Shown here piece by piece: positions 14,607-21,460 of a stretch of DNA of 21,460 nt. A program made the position numbers and the translations under genes. The notes beneath the pieces are model-generated. The model ran no database searches and was not told the origin of the DNA. It saw only the letters and a list, made by a program, of their open reading frames with translations. The stretch comes from Nanobdellota archaeon (GTDB lineage Archaea; Nanobdellota; Nanobdellia; CSSed11-243R1): assembly GCA_021162365.1 (NCBI GenBank), contig JAGGYW010000005.1:1-21460 (forward strand), given 5' to 3'. The stretch's first letter is position 1; each line of letters begins with the position of its first letter.

Positions 14607-14846
14607 ATGAAAATATCTGACTATGATTTGGAAATTGACAGGGTAAAGGAAATAATTAAACAAAAAAAGCCAAAATCAGTACTAATTCAACTCCCAGATG
14701 GATTAAAGCCGTATGCCACAAAAATAGCAGACGAAATTGGAGGAGAAGTATACATCTGGGCAGGAAGCTGCTTTGGAGCGTGTGACATACCAAAAGTAGA
14801 CGTGGATATGATTATCCAGTTTGGACACATAAAATTTAGAGATTAA
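14607..14846 (+). pseudogene. dph2: N-terminal remnant (~80 codons) of diphthamide synthase subunit Dph2 (2-(3-amino-3-carboxypropyl)histidine synthase)
   Basis: MKISDYDLEIDRVKEIIKQKKPKSVLIQLPDGLKPYATKIADEIGGEVYIWAGSCFGACDIPKVDVDMIIQFGHIKFRD*. It is collinear with the first ~85 residues of archaeal Dph2 as I recall them (Y.fEi..v...I......v.LQfPeGLk.ya..ia.ei ... CfGACD ... D..ih.GH). Full-length archaeal Dph2 is ~330-340 aa. Here the frame stops at 14844-14846, inside the 3' end of a convergent gene. The track ORF begins at 14553; in-frame ATGs at 14583 and 14607 lie outside the MgtC-family gene. Confidence 0.55.
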
Positions 14847-15445
14847 ACAATTGGAATTTCTTCTGGCAGGCCAGATATAACTCTTACTTCCTTTGACTGA
14901 GCATCGACTTCAAAAACAACAACAGGCCCTTCAGTGATAGTGTTCTTGTAAAATCTGTACACAAATGTTTGCGCATCTACATCAACCTCAAGATTAACAT
15001 AGTCATAATCCACATCATTAAATTGAGCCAATCTTTTTGCCTCATCCTCACCTACCACAACTTCAACAGGCCTCAAAAATGCATGAGTGTAAATAACCTC
15101 AAAGTTTTTTTCAGAAAACGCCTTAATCTTTAAGTTCATTATCTCGTGTGTTGTATTGTACGTAAAATCATATCTCGCTACAAATACACAATCTGTAGTT
15201 GAATATTCAAGATTAAGAAAGTGATAGTGTGCATTGAAATAATCATCCCCCGTGCCACCCCTGATATAATCATTAGCAAACTTAACTATTTTTGACTTAA
15301 ATCCATCAGAAATTACCACCCCGTTCTTGCACTTTGGGAGTTTGGCTATTTCCTCTAAAGGGGCTTCAATTTTATTTAGAGTTACAAGTAGAAAAAAGAG
15401 GAAAATCAAAACAGCGCCAAGGACAATATACTTTCTTGAATTCAT
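14843..15445 (-). CDS. N-terminally anchored extracytoplasmic protein, function unknown
   Basis: 200 aa. MNSRKYIVLGAVLIFLFFLLVTL anchor, then a soluble mixed alpha/beta-looking domain ending in a PepSY-like motif (VVVFEVDAQSKEVRVISG). No family recognised. Confidence 0.65.
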   Translation of the reverse strand: MNSRKYIVLGAVLIFLFFLLVTLNKIEAPLEEIAKLPKCKNGVVISDGFKSKIVKFANDYIRGGTGDDYFNAHYHFLNLEYSTTDCVFVARYDFTYNTTHEIMNLKIKAFSEKNFEVIYTHAFLRPVEVVVGEDEAKRLAQFNDVDYDYVNLEVDVDAQTFVYRFYKNTITEGPVVVFEVDAQSKEVRVISGLPEEIPIV

Positions 15446-15466
15446 ATCTCAGAAAAACAACCCCAC

Positions 15467-15476
15467 ATTTTTAAAC
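15467..15476 (-). promoter_or_regulatory. Putative TATA-like box for the 200-aa anchored protein gene
   Basis: Minus-sense GTTTAAAAAT, centred about 26 nt upstream of ATG 15445. Confidence 0.35.
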
Positions 15477-15505
15477 ATAGTGGAATTAGTGGACGCACCC
15501 AAAAG

Positions 15506-15515
15506 ATTTATTATA
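15506..15515 (+). promoter_or_regulatory. Putative TATA box for rnhB
   Basis: ATTTATTATA is centred about 27 nt upstream of ATG 15538 and preceded by purine-rich CCCAAAAG (BRE-like). No Shine-Dalgarno. Confidence 0.4.
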
Positions 15516-15537
15516 GCTAAACAAGAATGTATTTCTA

Positions 15538-16206
15538 ATGGGGGATAAAGAGACATTCGTTCTTGGCATAGATGAAGCTGGCAAGGGACCTGTAGTTGGA
15601 CCTCTTGTCATAGCTGGCGCGCTCTTCAAGAAAAGCGACCTGAAGAAATTAAAGAAAATTGGTGTAAAAGATTCAAAGTTAATCCCCCCACAAAAAAGAG
15701 AAGAGCTACTTGAAGAGATAAAAAAAATCGCATTAAGACACATGATAATAAAAGTTAATCCAATTGAAATTGACCAGAGGTTCTCGGTTAGCACAAACTT
15801 AAACCAGCTGGAAGCAATAAAGTTTGCAGAAATAATAAATGAACTCAAACCAGATGTTGCTGTCATAGACACACCCACGGTAAACACAAAAGGATTTGAG
15901 AACTACCTAAGAAGATTCCTTGAACATGAATGTGAGTTAAAATGTGAGAATTATGCGGACAAAAATCATGTAGAGGTTGGTGCTGCATCAATAATTGCAA
16001 AAGTTGAAAGGGACAAAGAGATAAAATCAATAGAAGAAAAGATTGGTGAAGAAATTGGGGCAGGATATCCAAGTGACCCAACAACAATTAAGTTTGTTGA
16101 AAAAGCATTCAAAACAAAAAAATGGCTCGAACATATAAGAAAAACTTGGTTCACTTTCCAAAGGATAAAAGAAGAAAATGAGCAAAAAAAGCTCTCGGAG
16201 TGGTAG
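15538..16206 (+). CDS. rnhB: Ribonuclease HII
   Basis: 222 aa. FVLGIDEAGKGPVVGPLVIAGA (DEAG catalytic motif), DSKLIPPQKRE, VAVIDTP, ADKNHVEVGAASIIAKVERD. Confidence 0.9.
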   Translation: MGDKETFVLGIDEAGKGPVVGPLVIAGALFKKSDLKKLKKIGVKDSKLIPPQKREELLEEIKKIALRHMIIKVNPIEIDQRFSVSTNLNQLEAIKFAEIINELKPDVAVIDTPTVNTKGFENYLRRFLEHECELKCENYADKNHVEVGAASIIAKVERDKEIKSIEEKIGEEIGAGYPSDPTTIKFVEKAFKTKKWLEHIRKTWFTFQRIKEENEQKKLSEW

Positions 16207-16393
16207 TATGATAAAAGATGCAATTTTACACGCCAAAAGACATCTCGAGTATTTACGGCAGAAGTTAAGACATATTCTTCTAAGAGAAAAAAATACGGGA
16301 AGAAGAGAAGATGCTAAGGCGTGAAGAAAAGAATGTAAGGCGTGAAATTTCAAAAACAGAATCCGTAATTAAAAAATTAGAGAGGGTAAAATA

Positions 16394-17254
16394 ATGGAAA
16401 AAATAATCAAATATCTGTCAAAGTATTATACAGAAGAGGATAAAAAAATAGAGATTGATCCCTCTAAATTTCATACATATGAAATGAATAAATACGATGG
16501 GAAAATTCTTGCAGTTGATGGCGGCTCTGGCATTGTTTTTGACGGCGGAAGCAGAGTAATCTCAAAAATAAAAATAGGTGTTGTTGAATATGCCAAAGGG
16601 AAAATGACAAAACAAGATGTAAAAAAATACTTCATGCTCGCAATATGGAAAAACGATGGAATAATAATAAAATTGGATCCAGATGAGCAAATTACACTCT
16701 CAAATAAAAAAATAGATGAGTTGCAAAATGACGCCAGAGATATTTTAGAAAGAAAAATGATAAATGAAATAGCCGAAAAAGAAAAAGACGCAATAATCTT
16801 GTCAGACGGACTTCAAAACTTAAGTCCAAGAAATGTAGCCTCAATATGCAAAACAAGCCGGTTAAAAACAAAAAATGGAAGATCTCTAATTGGGTATCTT
16901 AATGAATTTACAAAAGACAAATACAAGGACAAGCTTTGGTACTACACTATCTCGGAAGGGGAGTATATTGTAAAATTTCATACCAGAAGCAAATTCTGCT
17001 ACAAAGTAACCACAAAGAATAAAGAAGTAAACAATCTATTCGGTGCAATTGCTTATTACTCCACCGATCCGGAAATCCTTGGATATCCTTATCCTCTTTT
17101 GAAGGTGGATAAAATCGTAAGATTGAGAGAGGATGAGAAGCAGTTTGATAATCACAAACTCAAACTACTTGCAAAGCAAGAAGGTGTTAACTTAGAGTTT
17201 GATGAGAATTCAATGATAATGCATGACCTTCTTGATAAAAGGGCGTATAGGTGA
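16394..17254 (+). CDS. nurA: NurA 5'-3' nuclease (compact, 286 aa)
   Basis: ILAVDGGSG (first catalytic Asp motif), DAIILSDGLQ (second acidic motif) and LGYPYPLLKVDKIV (C-terminal GYPY motif) are present. GAGGGT lies 6 nt upstream of the ATG. The stop, TGA 17252-17254, abuts or overlaps the herA start, the classical NurA-HerA pairing. Confidence 0.75.
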   Translation: MEKIIKYLSKYYTEEDKKIEIDPSKFHTYEMNKYDGKILAVDGGSGIVFDGGSRVISKIKIGVVEYAKGKMTKQDVKKYFMLAIWKNDGIIIKLDPDEQITLSNKKIDELQNDARDILERKMINEIAEKEKDAIILSDGLQNLSPRNVASICKTSRLKTKNGRSLIGYLNEFTKDKYKDKLWYYTISEGEYIVKFHTRSKFCYKVTTKNKEVNNLFGAIAYYSTDPEILGYPYPLLKVDKIVRLREDEKQFDNHKLKLLAKQEGVNLEFDENSMIMHDLLDKRAYR

Positions 17255-17259
17255 TACAA

Positions 17260-18816
17260 ATGAATGTTGGGAAAGTGATAGGTGGAAATGTCGGAGGTAA
17301 ACTCCTAATTAGGTTAAAATCAAATGCAAAAGTAGATGTTGGCGATTTGCTTGTATGTGAAAACGAAAACACAGGAGAAAAATTTTTCCTAAAAGTTGTG
17401 AACATGCAGATTTCATCCCTACTTGCACAGCAATTTATAGAAGAAATGGCCGGTCAAAAACTAGAACATGATGAAATAGATTATAACATATTTGATGCAC
17501 AGGACAGATTCTACAGGATGTGTGAAGCAAAAATCCTAAAGATAAAAAGAGGAGATGAATTTTATCCACCACGGTCTCTTCCGAACTTTTTCACAGATGT
17601 AAGAAAAATAAATGAAAGTGACGATTTTATAAGCCAAGCTGGAGAGATTGAGATAGGATATCTCCGCTTAGGAAGAGAAGCTCTAAAGGCAATAAAAACA
17701 AAACTCCCCGCAAAGGGACTTATATCCCACCATATGCTTGTAGTCGCAGCAACAGGTAAAGGAAAAAGCAACTTCGCAAGAGTTTTCCTGAGGGGATTGT
17801 TAAAACTTGATGATTATGCAGCAATCGTATTTGACCCCCACAATGAATACTACGGTGGGAAGGGAAGCAAAGGATTAAGGGACCATCCTCTTAGAAATAA
17901 AGTGGTTTACTTTTCTCCTAAGTACGAGTCAACACCGGGTGCTGAAAGATTAATTATAAGCACGCGCGATTTAGAGCCGGACGACTTTTTCGGCATAATT
18001 GACTTAAGTTCAACACAACAAGAGGCACTTGACTTGCTGAAAAGAAAGTTCAAAGGAGAATGGATAGAAAAGCTCCTAGGAGAGGAAATTAAAGACCTCT
18101 TTGAAATGTTTGACAAAAAAATTGCGAGATCAACACTTGCAGCATTAAGAAGGAAAATATACCACGCACTAGAGCTCCATGACAAGTCTGGGCTTGTTTT
18201 CACACTGGAAAAAACAGATGATGTGTCAATATATGATAAAATCAAAAGCGCTATCGAAGAAAGAAAAATAATAATAATTGACACATCTATGGTAGGGGAT
18301 GATTCAGAAAAAATAATTGCATCTTCAATTGTGAACAGAGTGTTTAACTCATTTAGATATCTAAAACAAACAAAACCGCAAGAGTTCGCAAGAACACCAG
18401 AAGTGTTAATTGTATTTGAAGAAGCTCCAAGGGTCCTTGGATCCGAAGCTCTTGCAAATGGGGTAAATATATTTGAAAGAATAGCAAGGGAAGGAAGAAA
18501 ATTCAAGGTTGGATTGTGTGCAATAACTCAGATGCCATCCCTTTTGCCCGCAGAAATTCTTTCCCAAATGAATACAAAAGTGATACTCGGACTTCCATCT
18601 CCTGCGGACAGAAGCGCGGTCATAAACTCGGCGACACAAAATATAAGTGATGAATCAGTTGAAATTCAAATGCTGGACAGAGGAGAAGCAATTATTACTT
18701 CCCCATTCATAAAATTCCCTCTCCCAACAAAGATATTTTCATTCGATGACATACTAAAAGAAGATATTGCAAACATAAAAACAACAGAAAAAGATATATC
18801 TATAGGTGTAGATTAG
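17260..18816 (+). CDS. herA: HerA hexameric DNA translocase/helicase (FtsK-HerA superfamily ATPase)
   Basis: N-terminal barrel GKVIGGNVGGKLLIRLKSNAKVDVGDLLVCE; Walker A VVAATGKGKSN (GKGKS at 17755-17769); Walker B VLIVFEEAPRV. ATG 17260 is preceded by AGGTGAT (17249-17255). The track start GTG 17251 (overlapping the nurA stop) is also possible. Confidence 0.9.
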   Translation: MNVGKVIGGNVGGKLLIRLKSNAKVDVGDLLVCENENTGEKFFLKVVNMQISSLLAQQFIEEMAGQKLEHDEIDYNIFDAQDRFYRMCEAKILKIKRGDEFYPPRSLPNFFTDVRKINESDDFISQAGEIEIGYLRLGREALKAIKTKLPAKGLISHHMLVVAATGKGKSNFARVFLRGLLKLDDYAAIVFDPHNEYYGGKGSKGLRDHPLRNKVVYFSPKYESTPGAERLIISTRDLEPDDFFGIIDLSSTQQEALDLLKRKFKGEWIEKLLGEEIKDLFEMFDKKIARSTLAALRRKIYHALELHDKSGLVFTLEKTDDVSIYDKIKSAIEERKIIIIDTSMVGDDSEKIIASSIVNRVFNSFRYLKQTKPQEFARTPEVLIVFEEAPRVLGSEALANGVNIFERIAREGRKFKVGLCAITQMPSLLPAEILSQMNTKVILGLPSPADRSAVINSATQNISDESVEIQMLDRGEAIITSPFIKFPLPTKIFSFDDILKEDIANIKTTEKDISIGVD

Positions 18817-19164
18817 TTATCTCCTCAACAATCCGCCAATGAATCCACCAGCAGTCGCAACAGCCACACCAGTAATCCCAAACACTGTCTTTATCAAAGA
18901 AACAGGTTCAACAGATGAAATGTTTGTTAAGTTCATACTGCCAAGCACTGCAAATGCAGTAATTGAAGAGGTTGTAGTCAAGAAAAATCCTGCAAGCGCA
19001 ACAAAAAACCCGGCGAGTAATCCTGCGATAGGTCCTTTGGCTATCAATCCAGATATAAATCCTGCCAATAGTGGACCAAACAATGGAAATCCGCTCAGAA
19101 AAAACATTGCAGCTACACCAACAATTATCGCAAGCACAAACATAAAAATAAATATGCATTCCAA
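18817..19164 (-). CDS. Small glycine-zipper membrane protein (115 aa, DUF5518-like), antisense between herA and mre11
   Basis: MECIFIFMFVLAIIVGVAAMFFLSGFPLFGPLLAGFISGLIAKGPIAGLLAGFFVALAGFFL ... GITGVAVATAGGFIGGLLRR has 3-4 clear TM helices with G...G motifs. The competing plus-strand ORF (18839-19189) is Pro/Asn/Ala-rich low complexity, typical of a shadow frame. The stop abuts the herA stop (18816/18817). Confidence 0.55.
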   Translation of the reverse strand: MECIFIFMFVLAIIVGVAAMFFLSGFPLFGPLLAGFISGLIAKGPIAGLLAGFFVALAGFFLTTTSSITAFAVLGSMNLTNISSVEPVSLIKTVFGITGVAVATAGGFIGGLLRR

Positions 19165-19185
19165 CTATAAAAAAGTAGTGATACT

Positions 19186-20361
19186 ATGAAGTTTATACAT
19201 GTTGCAGACACCCATCTCGGAAGAGGAGACAAAAATGTAGAAGCAAGAGTGCATGATTTTTACAATGCATTCAAACAAGTGGTTGATTTTGCTATAAAAG
19301 AAAAGGTTGATTTTATCGTTCACTCTGGCGATTTTTTTGACAAGGCAAGACCACCTATAAACACATTAGTCTTCGCAACAAAACAGCTCGAACGCCTAAA
19401 AGAAAGCAAAATCCCAATTTTCCTAATAGCTGGCTCCCACGATATTGGTGTTGGGGAAACAATTCTCACACTATTTGATGAGCTTGGACTAATTAAAAAC
19501 CTCTCCTCTTCAAGATACTACAAGATTGAAGATGGGAAAATCCACTTAGATGGAGAAATGTTTAGGGATGTATTTGTATGTGGTGTGCCTGGAAAAAGGG
19601 CAAACATTGAAGAAATCTACAAAAGAATTGTCCCCGCAAACAAAGGCAAATATAAAATTTTCATGTTCCACCACACCATCTCAGACATATCTGAAAAATT
19701 TGCAGATATACCCACTTCGGTTTTACCAAAGGGGTTTGACTACTATGCTGGTGGGCACTGGCACGGCTTTTACGAGAAAAAATATGACAAGGGAATCATC
19801 ATTTATCCCGGCTCAACAGAATTCAACGACATAACCGAAGCCGAAAAAAACAAAGAAAGATGTTTCATGCTTGTAGACATAGACAAAAACAAAATAGAAA
19901 AAATAAAATTAAATGTGAGAGAACATATAATTTACAAGATAAACTGTAGCGGACTTGACGCAAAAGAAGTTGCGGACAAATGCATAAATGAAATTAAAGA
20001 AATAAAAAAAGACGCAGTCCTTGTAATAAAATTATACGGTAGATTAAAAAAAGGAACAAAAGCCGAAGTCAACAGAAACAAAATCATCTCTTGGGGAAAG
20101 GATGCAGGATTTCTTGCAACAAAAGTGTACATAGGTGACCTTGAGAACCCAGAGAAACCTTTTGTAAGCGCAGGCATTAAATCACCATCAAAAATAGAAG
20201 AGGAATACCTAAAACAACAAAAATATAATACTGACGAAATCAAACTTGCAAAGGACATAATAAAAATAATGGGTAATGTTTCTGGAAAAGAAGTTGAAGT
20301 TGCTAAAGACGAAATTATACAACTCATAGAAGGTGTTTTAATTGAAAATAAGAAGGATTAA
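19186..20361 (+). CDS. mre11: Mre11 DNA double-strand-break repair nuclease
   Basis: MKFIHVADTHLG (motif I, D8/H10), HSGDFFD (motif II, D49), AGSHD (motif III), MFHHT (motif IV), GGHWH (motif V). 391 aa. GTGAT (19178-19182) lies 3 nt upstream of the ATG. rad50 follows. Confidence 0.9.
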   Translation: MKFIHVADTHLGRGDKNVEARVHDFYNAFKQVVDFAIKEKVDFIVHSGDFFDKARPPINTLVFATKQLERLKESKIPIFLIAGSHDIGVGETILTLFDELGLIKNLSSSRYYKIEDGKIHLDGEMFRDVFVCGVPGKRANIEEIYKRIVPANKGKYKIFMFHHTISDISEKFADIPTSVLPKGFDYYAGGHWHGFYEKKYDKGIIIYPGSTEFNDITEAEKNKERCFMLVDIDKNKIEKIKLNVREHIIYKINCSGLDAKEVADKCINEIKEIKKDAVLVIKLYGRLKKGTKAEVNRNKIISWGKDAGFLATKVYIGDLENPEKPFVSAGIKSPSKIEEEYLKQQKYNTDEIKLAKDIIKIMGNVSGKEVEVAKDEIIQLIEGVLIENKKD

Positions 20362-21460
20362 ACTGCATAATATCCGCTCACATGTAGATACAGAAGTTGA
20401 ATTAAAAGAAGGGATAAGCGTATTTACAGGTAGAACTGGCTCTGGAAAATCCTCAATCCTACTTGCAATAGAATACGGCTTGTTTGGTTCGGATGCGGGT
20501 GTTAGCAATAGCCTAATTCTGCGGCGGGGAAAACCGTCGGGGTACATAGAGCTTGAATTTGAAGAAGGTGGAGATGTTTATACAATTAGAAGAGGACTTA
20601 AAAGAAAGGGAAAAACAATTTCTTTGGATGTTTCAAATATGGGTATCTTCAAAAATGGAAAACCCATCTCAATAGTTGGAAGGGCTTCCGACCTAAACAC
20701 CATAATATTGAACATTCTGAATTACCCAAAAGATGTAAAGCCAAAAGAAATATTTGAAATTACAAGCTACACAAAGCAAGACGAGATAAGAAGTTTAATT
20801 GAACTTAGCCCTGAAAAGAGACAGGAATATATAGACAAAATTCTACAGCTTTCAAAGTACAAGACAACATGGGAGAATATGAAGGAAGTTATTTCCTACT
20901 TCGAACTAAATCTACAGGAGATTAAAGGGCGCCTCGAAAACATGGAGACACTCAAAAAAGAAAAGGAAGAGCTCGAAGCAAAGATAAGCTCCCTTAAAGA
21001 GATTCTAAAGTCTGTAAATTCAAAGCTGGAGGAACTACGCAAAAAATATCTGGTAGTAAGTAAAGAAGTAAAAGAACTTGAAACAAAACGGAATGAAATC
21101 TTAGAGAAAAGAAGGGATTACGACAAAATGAAAGGGGGAATCCTCCGGCTAAAAGAAGAAAACAAAATGTTAGAAAATGAAATCAAAAAGCTGGAAAAGG
21201 AAAAGGAAGATTTACTTCCAAAAATTAAGACAGAAGAGCTTAACTATGAAGAACTAAAAGAAAAAGAAATAAATCTAAGAAATCTAATTTCACTAAATAA
21301 AGATAAAATTAGGAAAACTGAAGAAGAAATTAAAAAGCTGACAACTCTCGGGGTTGGAGAATGTCCTGTTTGCAAGCAGCCAATTACAAAAGAACACTTA
21401 AACAATGTAAATAAAGAATTCAAAAAGCAAAAGGAAGAAATAGAAAAAGAAATTCAAAAA
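20342..21460 (+). CDS. rad50: Rad50 ATPase, N-terminal 373 codons; continues beyond the right window edge
   Basis: Not in the supplied track (no stop in the window). TTG 20342 follows an in-frame TAA (20339-20341) and overlaps mre11 by 20 nt. I read all triplets to 21460 and found no stop. (M)KIRRIKLHNIRSHVDTEVELKEGISVFTGRTGSGKSSILLAIEYGLFG carries the Walker A motif. SYTKQDEIRSLIELSPEKRQEYIDKIL is the Q-loop region. A K/E/L-rich coiled coil follows, with the CPVC zinc hook at 21362-21373. Confidence 0.9.
   Translation, partial: MKIRRIKLHNIRSHVDTEVELKEGISVFTGRTGSGKSSILLAIEYGLFGSDAGVSNSLILRRGKPSGYIELEFEEGGDVYTIRRGLKRKGKTISLDVSNMGIFKNGKPISIVGRASDLNTIILNILNYPKDVKPKEIFEITSYTKQDEIRSLIELSPEKRQEYIDKILQLSKYKTTWENMKEVISYFELNLQEIKGRLENMETLKKEKEELEAKISSLKEILKSVNSKLEELRKKYLVVSKEVKELETKRNEILEKRRDYDKMKGGILRLKEENKMLENEIKKLEKEKEDLLPKIKTEELNYEELKEKEINLRNLISLNKDKIRKTEEEIKKLTTLGVGECPVCKQPITKEHLNNVNKEFKKQKEEIEKEIQK

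Noticed and set aside
15327-16353. ORFs 15327-15548(+), 15486-15887(-), 15863-16087(-), 15966-16223(-) and 16027-16353(-)
   Set aside because: They overlap rnhB or the 200-aa gene out of frame or antisense. The 108-aa 16027-16353 ORF reaches into the rnhB-nurA spacer but shares 180 nt with rnhB antisense and looks like hydrophobic noise.
17187-18639. Minus-strand ORFs 17187-17405, 17562-17771, 17907-18506 and 18406-18639
   Set aside because: Antisense to nurA/herA. The 199-aa one is Ser/Ile-rich low complexity.
16394-18816. NurA-HerA pair as a stand-alone anti-virus defence module
   Set aside because: Co-location with mre11-rad50 and housekeeping neighbours (rnhB) fits the canonical archaeal end-resection machinery. 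No effector or sensor genes accompany it.
18839-19189. Plus-strand 116-aa ORF between herA and mre11 (and the alternative minus frame 18908-19159)
   Set aside because: Its Pro/Asn/Ala/Thr-rich composition is what the antisense of a Gly/Ala/Phe/Ile-rich TM protein yields. The minus ORF 18817-19164 has clean TM helices. Not fully excluded, because its stop overlaps the mre11 ATG (ATGA); see the finding on the repair cluster.
19550-20547. ORFs 19550-19834(+), 19932-20327(-) and 20338-20547(-)
   Set aside because: Out-of-frame or antisense within mre11 and within the untracked rad50 5' end.
1-21460. Search by eye for tRNA/rRNA genes, CRISPR repeats, IS elements and long inverted repeats
   Set aside because: I saw no G+C-rich structured islands, no regularly spaced direct repeats, and no transposase- or integrase-like ORFs. 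The only non-coding gap over 100 nt is 16207-16393.

Overview
AT-rich, very gene-dense archaeal chromosome segment: about 20 protein genes, almost no non-coding DNA, and several gene overlaps of 4-20 nt. Most of the window is archaeal housekeeping. It holds an eIF-2B-family (ribose-1,5-bisphosphate-isomerase-like) protein, a Zn-ribbon + aEF-1beta pair, Pth2, RtcA, a DHH/DHHA1 phosphoesterase, an MgtC/DUF4010 membrane protein, RNase HII, and the full NurA-HerA / Mre11-Rad50 end-resection set. The left third (1-7358, minus strand) looks accessory. It encodes two giant N-terminally anchored parallel beta-helix surface proteins, one complete (1338 aa) and one running off the left edge (>=824 codons). 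Between them lie a small anchored Cys-motif protein and a 60-aa poly-lysine ORF. Two real genes are missing from the supplied ORF track because the window edges cut them: minus-strand 1-2473 and plus-strand rad50 20342-21460 (TTG start). I read both frames triplet by triplet and found no stops. Compact proteins (NurA 286 aa, Rad50 zinc hook already at codon 341), leaderless-type promoter spacing and the surface-protein repertoire suggest a reduced-genome (DPANN-like) archaeon, but that is inference only. I recognised no rRNA, tRNA, CRISPR array, transposase or integrase. The most notable observations are: (1) the beta-helix surface cluster, with a 43-nt perfectly conserved island between otherwise diverged paralogues; (2) an ~80-codon remnant of the diphthamide synthase gene dph2, cut off by a convergent gene; (3) a translationally coupled ACT-RtcA-DHH operon; (4) a membrane-protein gene lying antisense between herA and mre11.
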